Assembly (NCBI RefSeq): GCF_009914755.1
Contig: NC_060929.1
Direction: 5' to 3' (one strand)
Length of the DNA stretch: 64,000 nucleotides
DNA from: the human T2T-CHM13v2.0 reference genome, Homo sapiens
The notes beneath the pieces were generated by a model. That model had not been told where the DNA came from and did no database searches. It saw nothing but the letters and a program-made list of their open reading frames with translations. Position 1 is the stretch's first letter; each line of letters begins with the position of its first letter. Of the stretch, positions 1-14,899 are shown one piece after another. A program made the position numbers and the translations under genes.

Positions 1-759
1 TATTCACTGGTCTTCTCTGATGAGTCAATTTCCATTTTTAAGGAATCTCAAGCATTCTTATAACAATCTTGGGTTTGACATAGAGGTTGAGACTTCTTAA
101 AGTACAGGTAACCATCTCCCCGTTCTTTGCTCTATTGATTTGTTAGAGTTGACGTGTAAAATTCCTAGTTTTAAAACATTTCGAGGGTATTTTCTGATTT
201 TGCTATTTTTAAAAAATAGTTTACAATTCCTATTTCCTTCTGAATATCTTTGGTGCAGCTATTTGCTTTCTGCATGGCCACATGAGTTGCATTGCATCTG
301 TTTCTAAAATAATGTGTTTAATTTTCCACCAGTACTGCAAGTTGGTCCTGAATTGCCTTATATGATAAACAAACGGGTTTGTAAAGTTGCTTCAAAGGTC
401 ACCATCTTCTACCCTTTGGTGGTGGTTCTGAGTACTTTTAAAATAAAAATCTTCAAAGCCATCTTTAGATGATACCCTTGCTTTCAATCATGATAATGAA
501 ATTAAAAATGTTATTAAATTGGTAGTAACTTGGCTTTAAATTGAAAGTATATTAGCATAATAGAAGGCTCTAGAACTTCTTTCTAAATAAGACTTTCTTT
601 GCAAGAGACAACATTTATAAAGCATCTACCAGAGTGGCATAATAAATCTCAAATCTCTTGCCTTATTTTTCTTTTTCGCTTTCTAATATGTACTTTGTAT
701 TACTTCTGATGTCTCATCTCCCTGTAGTTATAGAAACACATAGACTTATACCTAGGTTC

Positions 760-1175
760 TGTTATTAGTTTCTTATTGCTGTGTAACAATTTATTATAAA
801 CTTAATGGCTTAAAACACCCATGTATTATCTCACAGTTCTGTCAATCAGAAGCCTAGACAGGGCTCAGCTGGGTCCTCTTCCAAGCTCTCCTGGCTGTTG
901 GCAGAATTCATTTCCTTGCGAGAGTAGAAGCGCTTCCATGTTCTTTGGGGTTAGCAGTTCTCTGATGCTTCCCCTTCTTTTAAAGGACTTACCTGATTAG
1001 GTTAGAGCCACCTAGTGTAATCTCCTTTTTGATTTAGTCAAAGATGATTGACTGATAGCCTCATTTTGGGAGTCATATCCCATCCTTTCCACAGGATCTG
1101 CCCACAGTTCACAGGACCGTGGGGATTATACAGAGTGTCAGTCATTGGGGAGGTCTTAGAATTTTGCCTGTCATA
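760..1175 (-). mobile_element. MaLR LTR (MLT1-type)
   Basis: Starts tgttattagtttcttattgctgtgtaacaa...aaacttaatggcttaaaac and ends cttagaattttgcctgtcata, the reverse complement of the MLT1 LTR layout. Confidence 0.75.
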
Positions 1176-4100
1176 TCCTGGGTTTTAAAACTTTTATATG
1201 GGGAAAGTCATTTAAGGAAGAAAGTAAATGAACATCTGTTGACTAGGTTGCTAGGTACAATGGTATGACTTCCATTTTATAAAGGAGTAAAACTTAAATT
1301 TGCAGAGACTGATTGGGTCAAGATATCACTGACTTAAAGGGCTGAACAGACATTCTTAGAGGCAAAAGCTCCAGTTGAGTGAGAGTCTGGTTTTTAGTTG
1401 GTTTTTCCTAAGCAGTTAAAGTTTCAAATGAACTCTTTTTAAACAGTTCACATTCCGGGGTTGTTTAAAACCTATGAACATATTTCCCCACGGAAATCAT
1501 GCTGTAAATGATAAGTCCTCAGTTGGCTCCACAAAATCCAACTTTACACATACTATCAGGAAAGTTATCTTCAGATTCATCCAGAACGTCTTGGGGCCTA
1601 ATCCCTGTGCCCCATGAAGGTAACTGAGGTCTTACAGCTGCCTTTTGTGGGGACTGCCCCTCAGAGATGAAAGTAAACTATGACTCATCCAGGGACAAGG
1701 AGAAGCGCATGCCGTGCCCTTAGCTGTCTCTGTGTCTGCTGGAGGTAGGTGAAGGCACTGGCTGCATCCACTCTGATTTGGTAGGGAAAGCTTCTAACAC
1801 TGAGCATTGGGATCATATTTAATTTGTCAATTAGGTAATTGTGGTATACCCTATATACAGAATCTTCCTGGCTGAATGATCTTTTATACAGAATCATTAT
1901 GTAGTGATAGTAGGTTTTTAAATGGTGCCCATTAAACTTGCACATAACTTGCACAGCAGGTTATGTGCTAAACTATTTAACGAGCATTTTTATCCTTCAG
2001 CTAGTTTCTTCAACTATGTCCCTTTGAATCCGTATAAAGAGATGGCTTATAAGGTTTATTTCAAACAGATATTTGTGTGTTAGGTAGAAGGGTTTCAAAA
2101 TAACGCAGCCTCTCTCTTTCTCTTCTTCCCATCTTGAGTTCTCTCACGTTCTTCCTGTCTTTAAAATGTGCTTGAGAAAAGAGGGAGAAACATGAACAAT
2201 TCCCAGGGAATCCCCACAGGAAGGAGGAACCACTCTCAAACTGAAATTATTGAAGAGAACCATCATGCTGCTCATGACTGGAATACAGAGGAGCTGTGTG
2301 TGTGGAAGGTCAGGCAGAAGGTGACTGAGAAGGAAATAAGTCAGAGGAAGGAATATTTGGTTTTATTTTTCTTTAACTCTTTTTGTTGCTTTGGTCTCTA
2401 TTTTTATATCTCAGTTTCATGCTTTGTGACTTAGATGAAATTATTGAACTTCTTTATAGCTCTTACGAACAAGATATTGATGTTTGCCTAAATTTAGACC
2501 TTTCCTAATTCTAAATTTTAGTTTCTTTTCATTTACCGCCTCAGGTAAAATAAATAAATAAATGAATTCTATTCCCTTTTGATCTTCATTTCAGGTTATT
2601 CAAAATGTATTGCTGACAGCCTTCAAAGGAATGATACAGGCATTGGATGTTTTATTCAGTATATTGCTGCTCTGCCCTTTTGTGCAGCTATTCAAATTGC
2701 TATAGAAGTGCCTGAAAGGTTGTCATGGGTTTTGCCAACAGTAAATGACAAGCGGTAATATATATGGTGAATGTTCCAGGTGTATTGGAAATTACCATTG
2801 CAGCTTCTATTTCATGGAAGTTTGTTTTTCACGTAATGCTAAAAGTTCAGTCTAAATTCTTTAGTCAGATAGATTCAGGTCTTATCTCACATGTAATATG
2901 TGGAGTAAAAATAATTCAGAATGCATTACGAGTCGGGAATACATAAAAGCACATAGTAACTTTTAAAACAGATTGTTTTTAATAATTCTGTGCCTTTGGG
3001 ACAAATGACATTCTTTTTTTTATGCCCTCCCCACTTTAGACGTCCACTTTCTTTTTCATTGGCTGCAGTGAAACTTTGGAAGATCATTACCTTAGTGCCC
3101 CCTAATGAGATGTAAATAAAATGAATGATTACAGCTTGATTATGGTCCAGTATTTATGAGGCTCCTGGTAACTTGCTGCATAAATTTAAGTATGTGAGTA
3201 AATTCTCTTAGGGACAGTCAATGTGAGAGTATTTTATTTTTCTTTCTTATTTTTTATGATGTACTAATTCTTTTCACCTCTGGATTCTTTATTGTTGTTT
3301 CTGCCCTAGAAGAAGTAGGACCGTGGAAAATGAGTATATTTTTTCTGCATGACTTTTATGGTCCCTGTAGGGTTTGGACCAGACCTGAGTTGCTGCCTGA
3401 TCCTGACATGTCAAGGAACACTGAAATAAAGGAATATGGTTTGTTTTCTTTTCTTCCTGTGCCCTATCCATCTCCCTACAAAGAAAAATGTATGAACATT
3501 TCTCTCTTCTGCTTTTTCTTATAAAGCACATCAAGTTTCAAGTCTGAGCTTTTGTGGAAATCACAGTGTAATGGGTTAACAGTCTTCTCTGATTCTTCGA
3601 GGTTTTGAGTATTTTAAGCTTTTTACTTTGCCATCTAGATATTGGAAGCTAACCTCCCACTCACTTTACTACTCAACACTGCTTCTCTGTGCAGCCTCTT
3701 TCTAGAATTGTTATTATAGTGAAATATCCATAGGAGTCTCTTCCTTGCCTTATATAATCCTCCTCCGACCTGCAAAGCATTTCCCCGTGGCAGGAGACAG
3801 ATTTTTCCTAAAGCTTGCACATGTTGGCAAAACCTGGTTGGGTAGTGTATCCCGGACCCCACAGGAAAAGTAAGTTGATTTTTTATTTAGATTTGAGATC
3901 ATGGGTATATTTTAATTCTTAATGTTGGGTCTCAAGAATTTCCCCTCTTTAGAGTCAGTAGCTGATGATGTGAGGAGGCAGCATGACACTGAAATTGGTG
4001 AAGATACATTAATACTTATTTAATAATCTCACATTGCCTGGAGACTTTTTAAAAAATCTAATCTCTTTCCCCTGCAAAATACAAAGGAAAATAGAGTGTC

Positions 4101-5274
4101 TGGATGACAGTATTCTCATATAAAGTGGACTGTCTCTCTTATGCACAAGCCAAGTGTCACAGGTTCCATTCCATCCTGCATACCCTGCATATAAAGAAGG
4201 AGTGGGTGATGAAGGAGGCTGGCAGCTTAAAGACTTAAACAGGCTGAGGGACTAAGTTCCCAAGTTGGCTGAGCAGTTAGAAAAGGAAAGGCAAGACGAG
4301 AACCCGTGCCACATTCCGAATTGGATTACCTGTTACGGAGCCAAAGACCGAGTTCCAAAGGACCAAAGTTGGAGTGTGAGGATGATAAGATACGTGTGCA
4401 ATCTGATTCCAGATTTTAGATTATCTAGAGAGGGGGAAGGCATTACTAGCGTTCATATATAAAGTCTCTGTGTAGTATCATCAGAGATTGCTCTTCAGTA
4501 GCTCTCTGCTTGTTTGGTTACCGAATTATCCAAACATGTGCTCTTATACTTCTTTTCCACCTCCTGAAACCCAGAGCCTTTTGTTGTCCCCCTCCTCGCC
4601 AAGCTTAGGTAGGGCACAGCAAAGTCCCTCAGCCTGTCCTTTTCAGGGCAGCTTGCACCATTCCTCCACAGCACTTTCCAAGCCACATAACTACTCTTGG
4701 TACTCACAAGCCATGTCGCTGGGCTTTAAAATGCCATCTGTGTCCACTGGTGCGGCTGGAGCTGAGTAAAACATGGCAAGCTGGACTTCTTAAGATGGCC
4801 CAGAGTAATTTGAATTTCTCTAGTCAAGAATGGGTAAATAAGCCATCTGGAAATAGTCTCCCAGTTGAATTTAACACCCCTTGTGACTATACTTTTAGTA
4901 ATCTTTTTTAGCTAATTAGCTCTTTGCTTTGTCAAGTATTTATTGAGTGCCCACTCTGTGTGCGAGCATGGTGTTAAGCACTTAATATAAAACAGTGACT
5001 ATAAAGATGTGTGACTCCTGCCTTCATGGGGCATTTAATTCACACCCCCCCAACAATTTTTTAATAGCGCTTTTGAAAACATTGCATAAAGTCAGATATA
5101 TATATATTAGATATACATGCCAAAAGGTAAGCTGGAGTTACTTGTCAAAGAACTATGAATGCAAACAATAACAAATAGACAAAAATATTAAATTAATGAA
5201 TACATTACCTGGAAAAATACTACTGGAATTGTTTTGTCAAACAACTTGTCCATACTATGATCTGGAAAAGCACA

Positions 5275-5780
5275 GCTTACTACAGTAGAAAGAATGCAGT
5301 AGTTGGAGTCAGAACTGATTTCAAGTCCCAGCTCAATCACTTATTAACTGTTGATGTTGGGCAATGATATGGTTTTGTCCTGTGTCCCCACCCAGATCTC
5401 GCCTTGAATTGTAATGATCCCTACATGTCAAGGGCAGGACCAGGTGGAGATAATTGCATCATGGTGGTTTACCTCATGCTGTTCTCATGGTAGTGAGTGA
5501 GTTCTCGTGAGATCTGATGGTTTTATTATATAAGGGGCTTCCGCCTTCACTCGGCACTTCTTTTTCCTGCTGCAATGTGAAATAGAATGTGTTTGCTTCC
5601 CCTTCCGCCATGATTGTGAGTTTCCTGAGGCCTCCCAAGCCATGCTGAACTGTGAGTCACTTAAACCTCTTGTCTTTATAAATTACCCAGTCTCAGGTAT
5701 GTCTATTAGCAGAGTGAGAACAGACTAATACAGGCAAGTATTTAATTATTTTGGTCACAGATAGTCTGTAAAAATTATCC
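5275..5780 (+). mobile_element. MIR SINE fragment interrupted by the THE1 LTR
   Basis: ggagtcagaactgatttcaagtcccagctc...cacttattaactg...ttgggcaa|gtatttaa is the MIR core, split at the LTR insertion. Confidence 0.65.
5365..5732 (+). mobile_element. THE1 (THE1C/D-like) MaLR solo LTR
   Basis: TG...CA termini (tgatatggtt...gagaacagactaataca), 368 bp, perfect 5-bp TSD GGCAA at 5360-5364 and 5733-5737. Confidence 0.9.
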
Positions 5781-6329
5781 CTTTAAGATTCTGTGTTTTC
5801 TGTTATACTTAGGGTTCTATATTTTCCCATGGATTTGTCTTTTAATCCTATTTTTCGTGGTTCTGATTTAATTTACTTTTAATTTTCTACTTTGCTTCAT
5901 TTGTTGGTTTAACAAAAAGTTACTGAGTAGTCTGTGTATGTGTGTATTCTTATGTATTGCCTCAAATCCTAGATGGCATGATGCTGAGTATAAATAACTT
6001 TTTAAAAGAGGGAGTATATTTGAGAAGTGTCTGAAAGCTGTAAAACCTCTAAAATAGATTCTTTGCTTTACGAGAGCTGCAGCTTGAGACTTTGAGGAAT
6101 CCCCAAATTCACAAGCTTGGAGAATTTTCACAAACTGCAACCAGCACATAGGAAACAGAACATGATTCTTGCCTTAGAACTCCCCTTTGAAAATCCTGCC
6201 ACTACCTCACCCCACCCTACCCCATATTCCACCACCTTAACCACTGTCCTGACTCTAATAGCATAGGTTGCTATTAGAACTTGAAGTCGTATATATAAGT
6301 AGAGTCATAGGGTAAGTAAACTAGTATAC

Positions 6330-7003
6330 TTTTTTTTTCTTTTTTTTTCTTTTTTTTCTTAGTTGTGGGGAATATACCTAACATAAAATTTTTGTTTTAG
6401 CCATTTTTAAGCATTCAATTCTGCGCCATTAAGTACATTCACAGAGTTGTGTAAGTATCACTGCCATGCATCTCGAGAACTTTTTCATCTTTCCCAACTG
6501 AAACTTTTTCCATTAAACACTAGCTTCCCATTTCCCCTTCCCCTAGTCTCTGACAATAGCCATTCCACTTTGTCTCTATGAATTTGACTACTATAGACAA
6601 GCCAAAATAGAGTAGTACCTACCCAGAGTAGCTAGCATAACAATATTTGTCCTTTTGTGTCTGGCTTATTTCACTTAGTGTAATGTCTTCATAGTTCATC
6701 CATGTTGTAATATGTGTCAGAATTTCTCTTCTTTTTAAGGCTGAATAATATTCTATTGTATGGGTAATACCACATTTTGCTCACCTATTCATCTGTTAAT
6801 CGAAGCCTGGCTTGCTTCCACTTTTGGCTATTGTGAATCATGCTGCTGTGAAAATGGGTATATACATATCTGAGTTCCTGCCTCCATTACTTTGGGTATA
6901 TACCCAGAAGTGGAATTGCCAGATCATATGGTAATTCTATGTTTAAGTTTCTGAGAAGCTGCCATACCATTTTCTGCATCGGCTGCACCATTTTACATTT
7001 CCG
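6330..7003 (-). mobile_element. L1MB-type LINE-1 3' end, nested in an older L1 fragment (~6180-7215)
   Basis: Poly-T head followed by the typical antisense L1M 3'UTR (ctggcttatttcacttagtgtaatgtcttc, cccagaagtggaattgc). Confidence 0.8.
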
Positions 7004-7429
7004 CAGTTATACTTCCTTTTGCTCAACATTATGCTTAACATTATGTTTGCAAGGTTCATCCACATTACTGCATGCAGTTGTGGGTCATTCAGTCTCATTG
7101 CTGTGTAGTGTTTTGTCATGTGAATGTGCCATAATGTACTTAGCCATTTTACTATTGATAAGCACTTGGGTAATTTTCAGTTTTGGGTTATTACAAGCAG
7201 TGCTACTATTAGAGGGCATTTAAAAATTAGGCCTTAAGGTTCTGTAGCTTTGTTATTTTCTTATGGAAAGGAAAGCATTAAATCGAAGACATTATTTGAA
7301 CAACAACTCATAAAGCTTTCAGGTTGTATCACTTGGTAATTTTTGTAGCACAAGTGATGGAATACCCAACCCATGTTATCCTAAGAAAAGGGGACTTGCT
7401 TATCCATGACTGGAAAGTTTAGTTGTCCA

Positions 7430-7702
7430 GCTTCCAGCAACACTGACCTTATTCCTTGCCTCCTGGCCACATCAGTCCAACCTCTGCTTTTGTCACATCT
7501 TCTTCTCTGTATCTCTTGAATCCCTCTTTTATCTTATGGGAAATCATGATTACACTGGGTCCACACAGACAATACAGAATAATCTCTTCATTTCAAGACT
7601 CTTAATCACATCAGCAAAGCCCCTTTTGTCATGTAAAATAATACATTCACAGGTTCTGGGGATTGCTACATCTTTAGAGAGGCCATTATTTTGCCTCCCA
7701 TG

Positions 7703-7703
<1 letters not shown>
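7430..7703 (-). mobile_element. MLT1 LTR fragment
   Basis: gataatctc-like core, cttaatcacatcagcaaagcccc, tcacaggttctggggatt. Confidence 0.7.

Positions 7704-7705
<2 letters not shown>

Positions 7706-7756
<51 letters not shown>
7706..7756. repeat. (TG)25 microsatellite
   Basis: Perfect TG run read directly. Confidence 0.97.
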
Positions 7757-7758
<2 letters not shown>

Positions 7759-9866
7759 TTTTTCCCACTGATGAACCAATGATAATGTTCCTCTCCTTTA
7801 TAACTTTGTGCTTTTCTTTGGAGTTAGTAATTGGGGTGTTTTTCTCCTTTTTAGATTTTATGTAGCTGTCATGAATCCTTTCCACACTCTTCAATAGAAC
7901 TATAAAACTCTTGTTGGCACTTTCTATGTTATCAAACATATCAGATAACCTGTAAGTTTTTTTCTCAAAGCCTCTTCCTGGACCCTCCAGTTTTTCTGTT
8001 CCAAGCTGGACGGTGTGCTATCTAGGTCTCCTGCATGGAGGCAGTTTTTGGTGATTTTCCTCACCCTCATTAACATGGTAATTCCCTTCGTCTCTCTCCA
8101 TGTTCCGCCCTTTCTTTGATCTCATGCATTTCTCTTAAATGGTTTATTTCATTGTTCATGTGGAGCATATCCTGCAGGAGCTTCTTGAGAAGAGGTGTAC
8201 AGGTGGCAAACTTGACACCTTAGATGACAATGATGAACCCTCTCTGAGGAGAAAGGGACCCATGTTGTCTGGGGAAGGAAGAGAAGCAGGAGAGAAGGAT
8301 GAGAGAGAGACAGATGAGGAAGAGAGGAAGATGTTTCCACCCTGATCTTTTCTCATAATGCCTCTGTAGGCCAAAGTCATGTCTTAGTAATTTTGCTTCT
8401 TTAATGCCTTGCCCACAGTGAACACTTAAGATATGTTCTTCAGTGAATGAACACATACAGATAGCCTCATATTTCCTGCTCTTTGAAGTGGTAGAGAGTC
8501 CTTAGAAGCCATTAGCCAGCTTCTTATAAAGACCTGCTTGAAAAAATGAACTCCAGTTATTAAAAGATGCCACCAAAATTATATCTGTTTCTTACCTCCT
8601 CATCATATAGAACATAAATCTGATCCCCTCCCCCGCCATTAACTTTTATTCTACTCTCCCTGCTTCGCCAAATGATACAATCCTTGAGACCCAAACTTGC
8701 ATATGGTTCATCTTTGCATCCCTGATAATGCCATGCATTGTATAATTCTCACTAAAGATTTGTTCAATGACTTCATCACACACACGGCCTTTCTGATGTG
8801 CATTGAATGAGCCTGCCTTGTTCCACCGTCAGAGACTTTACAATCGCTGCTCCCTTTGCCTGCAGCACTCTTTCCCCGACTCTCATGACCTGGCAATTTT
8901 CATCCTGCAGATGAAGCTTGCCCATCATCTCATCTTCCCAGCCCGATCTAAAGATACTGTCTGTTCCCTGACCCACTGCCCATCATCCTGTGATGGGAGT
9001 ACCTGTCATTATCAGAAATGACCTTATGTGTGTCTTTATTTATTTTCCCTGATAAATGGAGACTCTATAGATGTACCTTTCTGTCTCATCCACTGCTGTA
9101 TCACCACACCTAGAACAGGGGCTGCTGAATAAAAGTGTATTAAATGAACGATATGAGCTGTTGAGAGAATGACAATGTTAATAACTTCATCTAACCTTTG
9201 CTGGCTTATGTGAGTGGTTAGAGAGCACATACACATTCACCTTCTTTGAAAGTTTTCCTCAACCATGCACACTTTTTAAGAATATATAAATAATTGAACA
9301 TTCAGGGAACACGATTGCCCTAAGATTTTGTGTGTTCCTTATGGATACCTTGGATCTAGAAAGGAAAGAGGTGAGAAAATATTGCATTGGGGAGATCTGT
9401 CCCTTGAATTTCATCTGAGAAATCAAAACTCGTACGTTTAAATCCTGTCTGCCCAGGTGCCTCAGACACATACAACTGGCTTTACTCTTATGTCAGCCTA
9501 TTTAACTGTGCCCTCAAAATAAGCAGTGGTGAAGCTTATTTTGTATGTAGTTTGGATCATATTGCTTTTAAGAATTCCATATCTAGGTTGCTGTTCCTGT
9601 ATGGCATGGAGACCCTGATAATTAGGTTTCTGTAACTTAGAGACAGTCTGAGGCTCTGTCTATAAAAAGCCATTCCTCCTGAAAACGGGACAGAAGTATA
9701 TACATACACTAAAGTAATATTCCCCGAGAAGAAATGTGGCATGAGAAGCAAAACAGTTCGAGTGCTCCTCCCTTGCCCCATTTAAGTGCAATGAAATCAG
9801 AATCGACATGTTAAAACTAGTCAGTGATGCCGAGGGTCCTGCAGAAATTGACCCTTGTCTCTAGAG

Positions 9867-10067
9867 CAAGATTTCTAGAATAGCACTTTTGATTTGGGGC
9901 TGGATAATTCTTTGTTGTGGGGCAATATCTGTGTGCTATAGGATGTTCAGCGGCATCCCTGGCCTCTACTCACTATATGCCAATAGCAGCAACCCCCTTA
10001 TTCCCTGCTGCAAAGGGTAAAACCAAAAATGTCTTCAGACATTGCAAAACCTGGTTGAGAACCACTA
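9867..10067 (-). mobile_element. MER20 hAT-Charlie DNA transposon
   Basis: Reverse complement of the MER20 consensus (ggataattctttgttgtggggc...ggttgagaaccact), with 8-bp TSD CTCTAGAG at 9859-9866 and 10068-10075. Confidence 0.88.
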
Positions 10068-10720
10068 CTCTAGAGAATGCATAGAAGAGATCTAGCCTTA
10101 AACCATTCCTCTGGGTTTGTTTAAACCCCATATTTCCACCATTAATGCAGCAGTGGTAGGGAAGACTCCTTAACTTCCACCTTGTCATATATATATGTCT
10201 TCTCAGTCATATCGAAGTACTGTGGTTTAAACCAATGTCCCCCCACAACCCACCCACCTCTACTGATAAAAATATATCACACTACTCTAGTGTAGCCTTA
10301 GGTTCCTCTTCTGCACACACATGTATACAGCTAGTCCATGATGTATGCCTTCCAGCCGGCAAAGGTCTTTTCTGGGTCTTCATGTGGTATCTGAACATGT
10401 CCCAATTCTCCATTTTCTTAAGACCACTCTTTGAGGTCATTGCTCTGACACTGTTTAGTTATGTAACACTGTGGTGAGCTACAATTATTTAAACAATGAA
10501 AAATCTCCTGAATTGGTGGTTTCTGCAATATAGGGAGGGTCATTCATTCATTTTCAGCACATATTTATTGAATATTTATGTGGGCTGCTCTTGGCACTGG
10601 GATTAAACAGCTATAAACAACACACAACACACTTGCCTTCTTGGAGCCTACACTCTGATAGGGGAAGACAGACAATAAATAAATATATGTTAGGTGAAAA
10701 ATACATCAAGATGAGAAGAA

Positions 10721-11392
<672 letters not shown>

Positions 11393-12073
11393 TCAGGAGC
11401 AGGATGTTTGGACATGTCAGGGGAGAAGAGTTCTAGGCAGTGGGAACTGTAAGTGCAAAGGGCAAGAGGCAGGAGTGTGCTTGGTATATGTGAAGGGTAG
11501 TGAGGAGTGTCAGGGAGGGAGCTGTAGAAGAGGGGATGTGGAGGTGTGGTATGAACATACCATATGGAGCTTTAGAGGCCTGGTGAGACTCTTCTTCAAT
11601 TTTTTATAAGACAAAATTTCAAACATACACTGAAGTACAGAGAATAGTATAATGAACCCCTTATTTGCCTATTACCCAAGTTTAATAAATAGTAACCAAA
11701 GCCACTTTAATTTTATATACTCTTACTCTCCCTCCCCAGATCATTTGGAAGCAAACTCTATATGTATTACTTCATATGTAAATATTTTTGTATGTGTCTA
11801 TGAAAGGGAATTAAAGGTGATCATGGTCCAATATTATACTTTAAAATGATTGGCTAGTTTTATCAGATATCCAAACCATGTGTGTATATATATGCACACA
11901 AGTATATACATATACTCAATATATATTTCAGGCTGAAGTGTGTACATACACAATATCATGCTGATTATTTCCTAAATGCCTGATTATGTGTGTGTTTGTT
12001 TATAGTTTTATTAGTTTGATATCAGGACCCATTAAAAAGTTCATATATTACAATTAGTTGATATGTCTTTTAA

Positions 12074-12075
<2 letters not shown>

Positions 12076-12104
<29 letters not shown>

Positions 12105-12225
12105 TGGTAAAGACAGGGTCTTGCTATGTTGTCCATGCTGGTCTCGAGCTCCTGGCCTTAAGTAATCCTCCCACCTCAGCCTCCCAACATGCTGGAATTA
12201 CAGGCATGAGCCACTGTGCCTGGCC
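12076..12225 (-). mobile_element. Alu left monomer (FLAM_C-like)
   Basis: Single-arm antisense Alu with T-rich head, flanked by tcttttaa on both sides. Confidence 0.85.
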
Positions 12226-13449
12226 TTCTTTTAAACTTTGGGTTCCCTTTCCATCTTCCCCCTCCCCCATTAAAATTTTAAGAAACCAGGTCATTTGTTC
12301 TGACTTTCGTATCTAGCTTTTGCTGATCACGTCTCTGTGATATTGTTTAACACATTCCCTTGTCTCTAACCTGTAACTTGATATTTCGATGTAGAGGCTT
12401 AGTTGTATCCAGGGGTGCTGGAGTCTTTTTGGTAAGACTACTTCATGTGTGTTGTCTTGAGAAGTTCACAACGTCCAGGGTTTCTCTCTTTGTGATGTCA
12501 GCAGTCACTGATGATCATGGCTTAGATTCCCTGGGGTTCTTTAGAGTCTACAAAATTTTGATATTTTACGACCGCAGTTCCCCCTTTATTCACCAATTGG
12601 AATGCATCTATAAAGTGAATGATTTCCCCATCTGTGAGGTGTAACTCATAGGGAATGCAGGGGATGTGCTTGATTCTTCCCCTGTATCAGTTTTCAAGAT
12701 TACTGCAGCAGTTCTCTAGCATCCCCTCAAGGTGACGTAATTTTCTCTTCTTGAACTCGTGACTTTAAACATTTGATGTGTTGTAATACATTACCATTGT
12801 TGTTCCTATTGATGCTTGATTATCCCATATGGGGCCAAATGTCCTAAATTTGTGGCTTTTACTCACAGGGAAGCTGTTGGAGGATTTTGAACAGAAGAGT
12901 GACACATTCTGAAAGAGATCACTCTGGAGTTTATGTGGTCACCAAGGTGTAGAGGGTACCAGGGAGGAAGTAGACCATTTAGGAATAATCTAGCCAAGAT
13001 ACAATGTATTTTGGGTCAATGTATTTTGACATTAGGTGGAAAGAATGGTGGCATTCTGGATATTTTACATTGAAAGGAGGCTTATTTTGGAGTTTTGGAG
13101 GGCAGGATGGTGAGTTTTCTTTTGGGTATGTTAAATTAGGGGTAGTAAAAGGAAACTGAAGTGAAAATGTATTGTAGTCCATTGGCTATATGGAACTGAA
13201 GTTTACTTCAGAAGATCTGTGTGTAGAAGGCTATTGAATAATATTCTAATGTGTTTCCTGAGATGAAGGTCTACTTTAAAAGTTAAAGAATTTGTGGATT
13301 TCGCTTTATTTTTTGTTATAGGGTGGTAACTGATTTTTTTCTTTTCTTTGTTTATCATAATCTGGCTGTGACACCCATGCTTTCGAACTTTCCCCGACCA
13401 ACTTTCCTAAGGAAAGTTGAGGCCTCTTTTTTGTGTTCCATTATATCTT

Positions 13450-13550
13450 GTTTGTTTGTTTGAGATGGAGTCTTGCTGTGTTGCCCAGGCTGGTCTCAAA
13501 ACTGCTGGACTCAAACCGTCTTCCCGCCTCAACCTTCTGAGTAGCTGGGA
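13450..13550 (-). mobile_element. 5'-truncated Alu monomer
   Basis: Antisense Alu fragment between perfect 13-bp TSDs TCCATTATATCTT (13437-13449, 13551-13563). Confidence 0.85.
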
Positions 13551-14208
13551 TCCATTATATCTTTTTAGTATTTCCTTTTGTGATGCTTTTTTCTACTAAA
13601 TTACAATTACTTTTTACATCTCTAGCTGCCTCTCTGTGGAGTCAGTGACTATATTTCAAGTATGGATTTGTTACCTCCAAAGGATAAGAGGATTGGTTGG
13701 TTCTGTGAGCTCACACTGAGAGATAAGCTGGTACCTAGTTAACAATGGGCATTAACAAATGCCCCAGAGCAAGTTGATAGTTAAGGATGTAGAAAAGAGT
13801 TCTGAGAGTATCCTATAAACCTCCACTGGCCCATATGCACCTTTGTGGAGTTAGAAACAGGTAGCCCTCCAGAAGGGCACAGAGCTGAGGGAGACTTCGT
13901 GAAAATGAGAAAAATGGAGTGGAAGCAGCCCAGAGCCAGGTGCAGGCATAAAACCATGGAAAGCAGACCAGATGTTGGTTCCTACTTCCCTCCTTGCCCA
14001 GGGCACAACCTGAACAGCTACCTGTGGCATCCCTGCTTAGGCAGACCTCTGGGATAAGAGTAAATTTACAGACCAGGATCTAATCCTATTATAGCCGCCA
14101 ACTGTGTGCCCTCAGTTTCTTCATCTGTAAAAAGACAGAGTTTGACTTCATAGCCTTTGAAATATAACTGCTTGAATATACTTGCTATTTTACCGCAGTT
14201 TGGCTCTG

Positions 14209-14287
14209 TCTCTCTCTCTCTCTTTGTGTGTGTGTGTATGTGTGAAAGAGAAAGAGAGAGAGAGAAAGAGAGAGAAAGAGAAAGAGA
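14209..14287. repeat. Compound (TC)n(TG)n(GA)n microsatellite
   Basis: Read directly. Confidence 0.9.
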
Positions 14288-14899
14288 TGCCTTGTAGTAC
14301 TTGAAAATTAGAATTCTTGATAAAATAAAGCTCTAATTTGTTCTAGTGTTTCTTTTCAACAAACCAGGGGTTGCCAAGTTTTAAAACATTTTAAAATGCA
14401 TTAGAGGAAGTGAGTCAGTTACGTTCTTCATACACTACAATGGAAGTACACTTAGTTCCAAGTTATGAATGCTGTGAAAAATTAGGTTCTTTTAATAAAT
14501 ACAAGATGAAACTTTCAGGCTTTCAAAATTCATGTTCTTTCTTTCCCTCCTTATTCATATTAGATTGCTTTTGTAAAGTATACAGCACTGCGATCTTAAA
14601 AATGAGCTTTTCGAAAATAAAAATCCAAGTGCCTATCTCTTGCATTTCCAGTTGGTAGTTTCCTATCATCGGGTTTGCCTGTTCACACAAGTCTTTGCGG
14701 CACAACGGAGTCTGACTTCCCCCAAATTAATGCAGTTAGTTTATTCCTCGTTCTGATGATTGCCATATATAGAGAAAGATCTAATTATTTTTATGTGGCA
14801 CTATTCCTCATTTATTTCTTGGGGACTATGAGTGATTTAGTTAACTCCACCAAGGGAAGTGTAAGATGAGCCTCCTCAGGGTGGCTGAATTCTATTCGA

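Noticed and set aside
7550-7939. 129-aa ORF with HT repeats
   Set aside because: Arises from the (TG)n microsatellite and LTR sequence.
13399-13419. Perfect 10-bp inverted repeat CAACTTTCCT-A-AGGAAAGTTG
   Set aside because: A single short palindrome is plausible by chance; the spacing does not fit a canonical STAT site.
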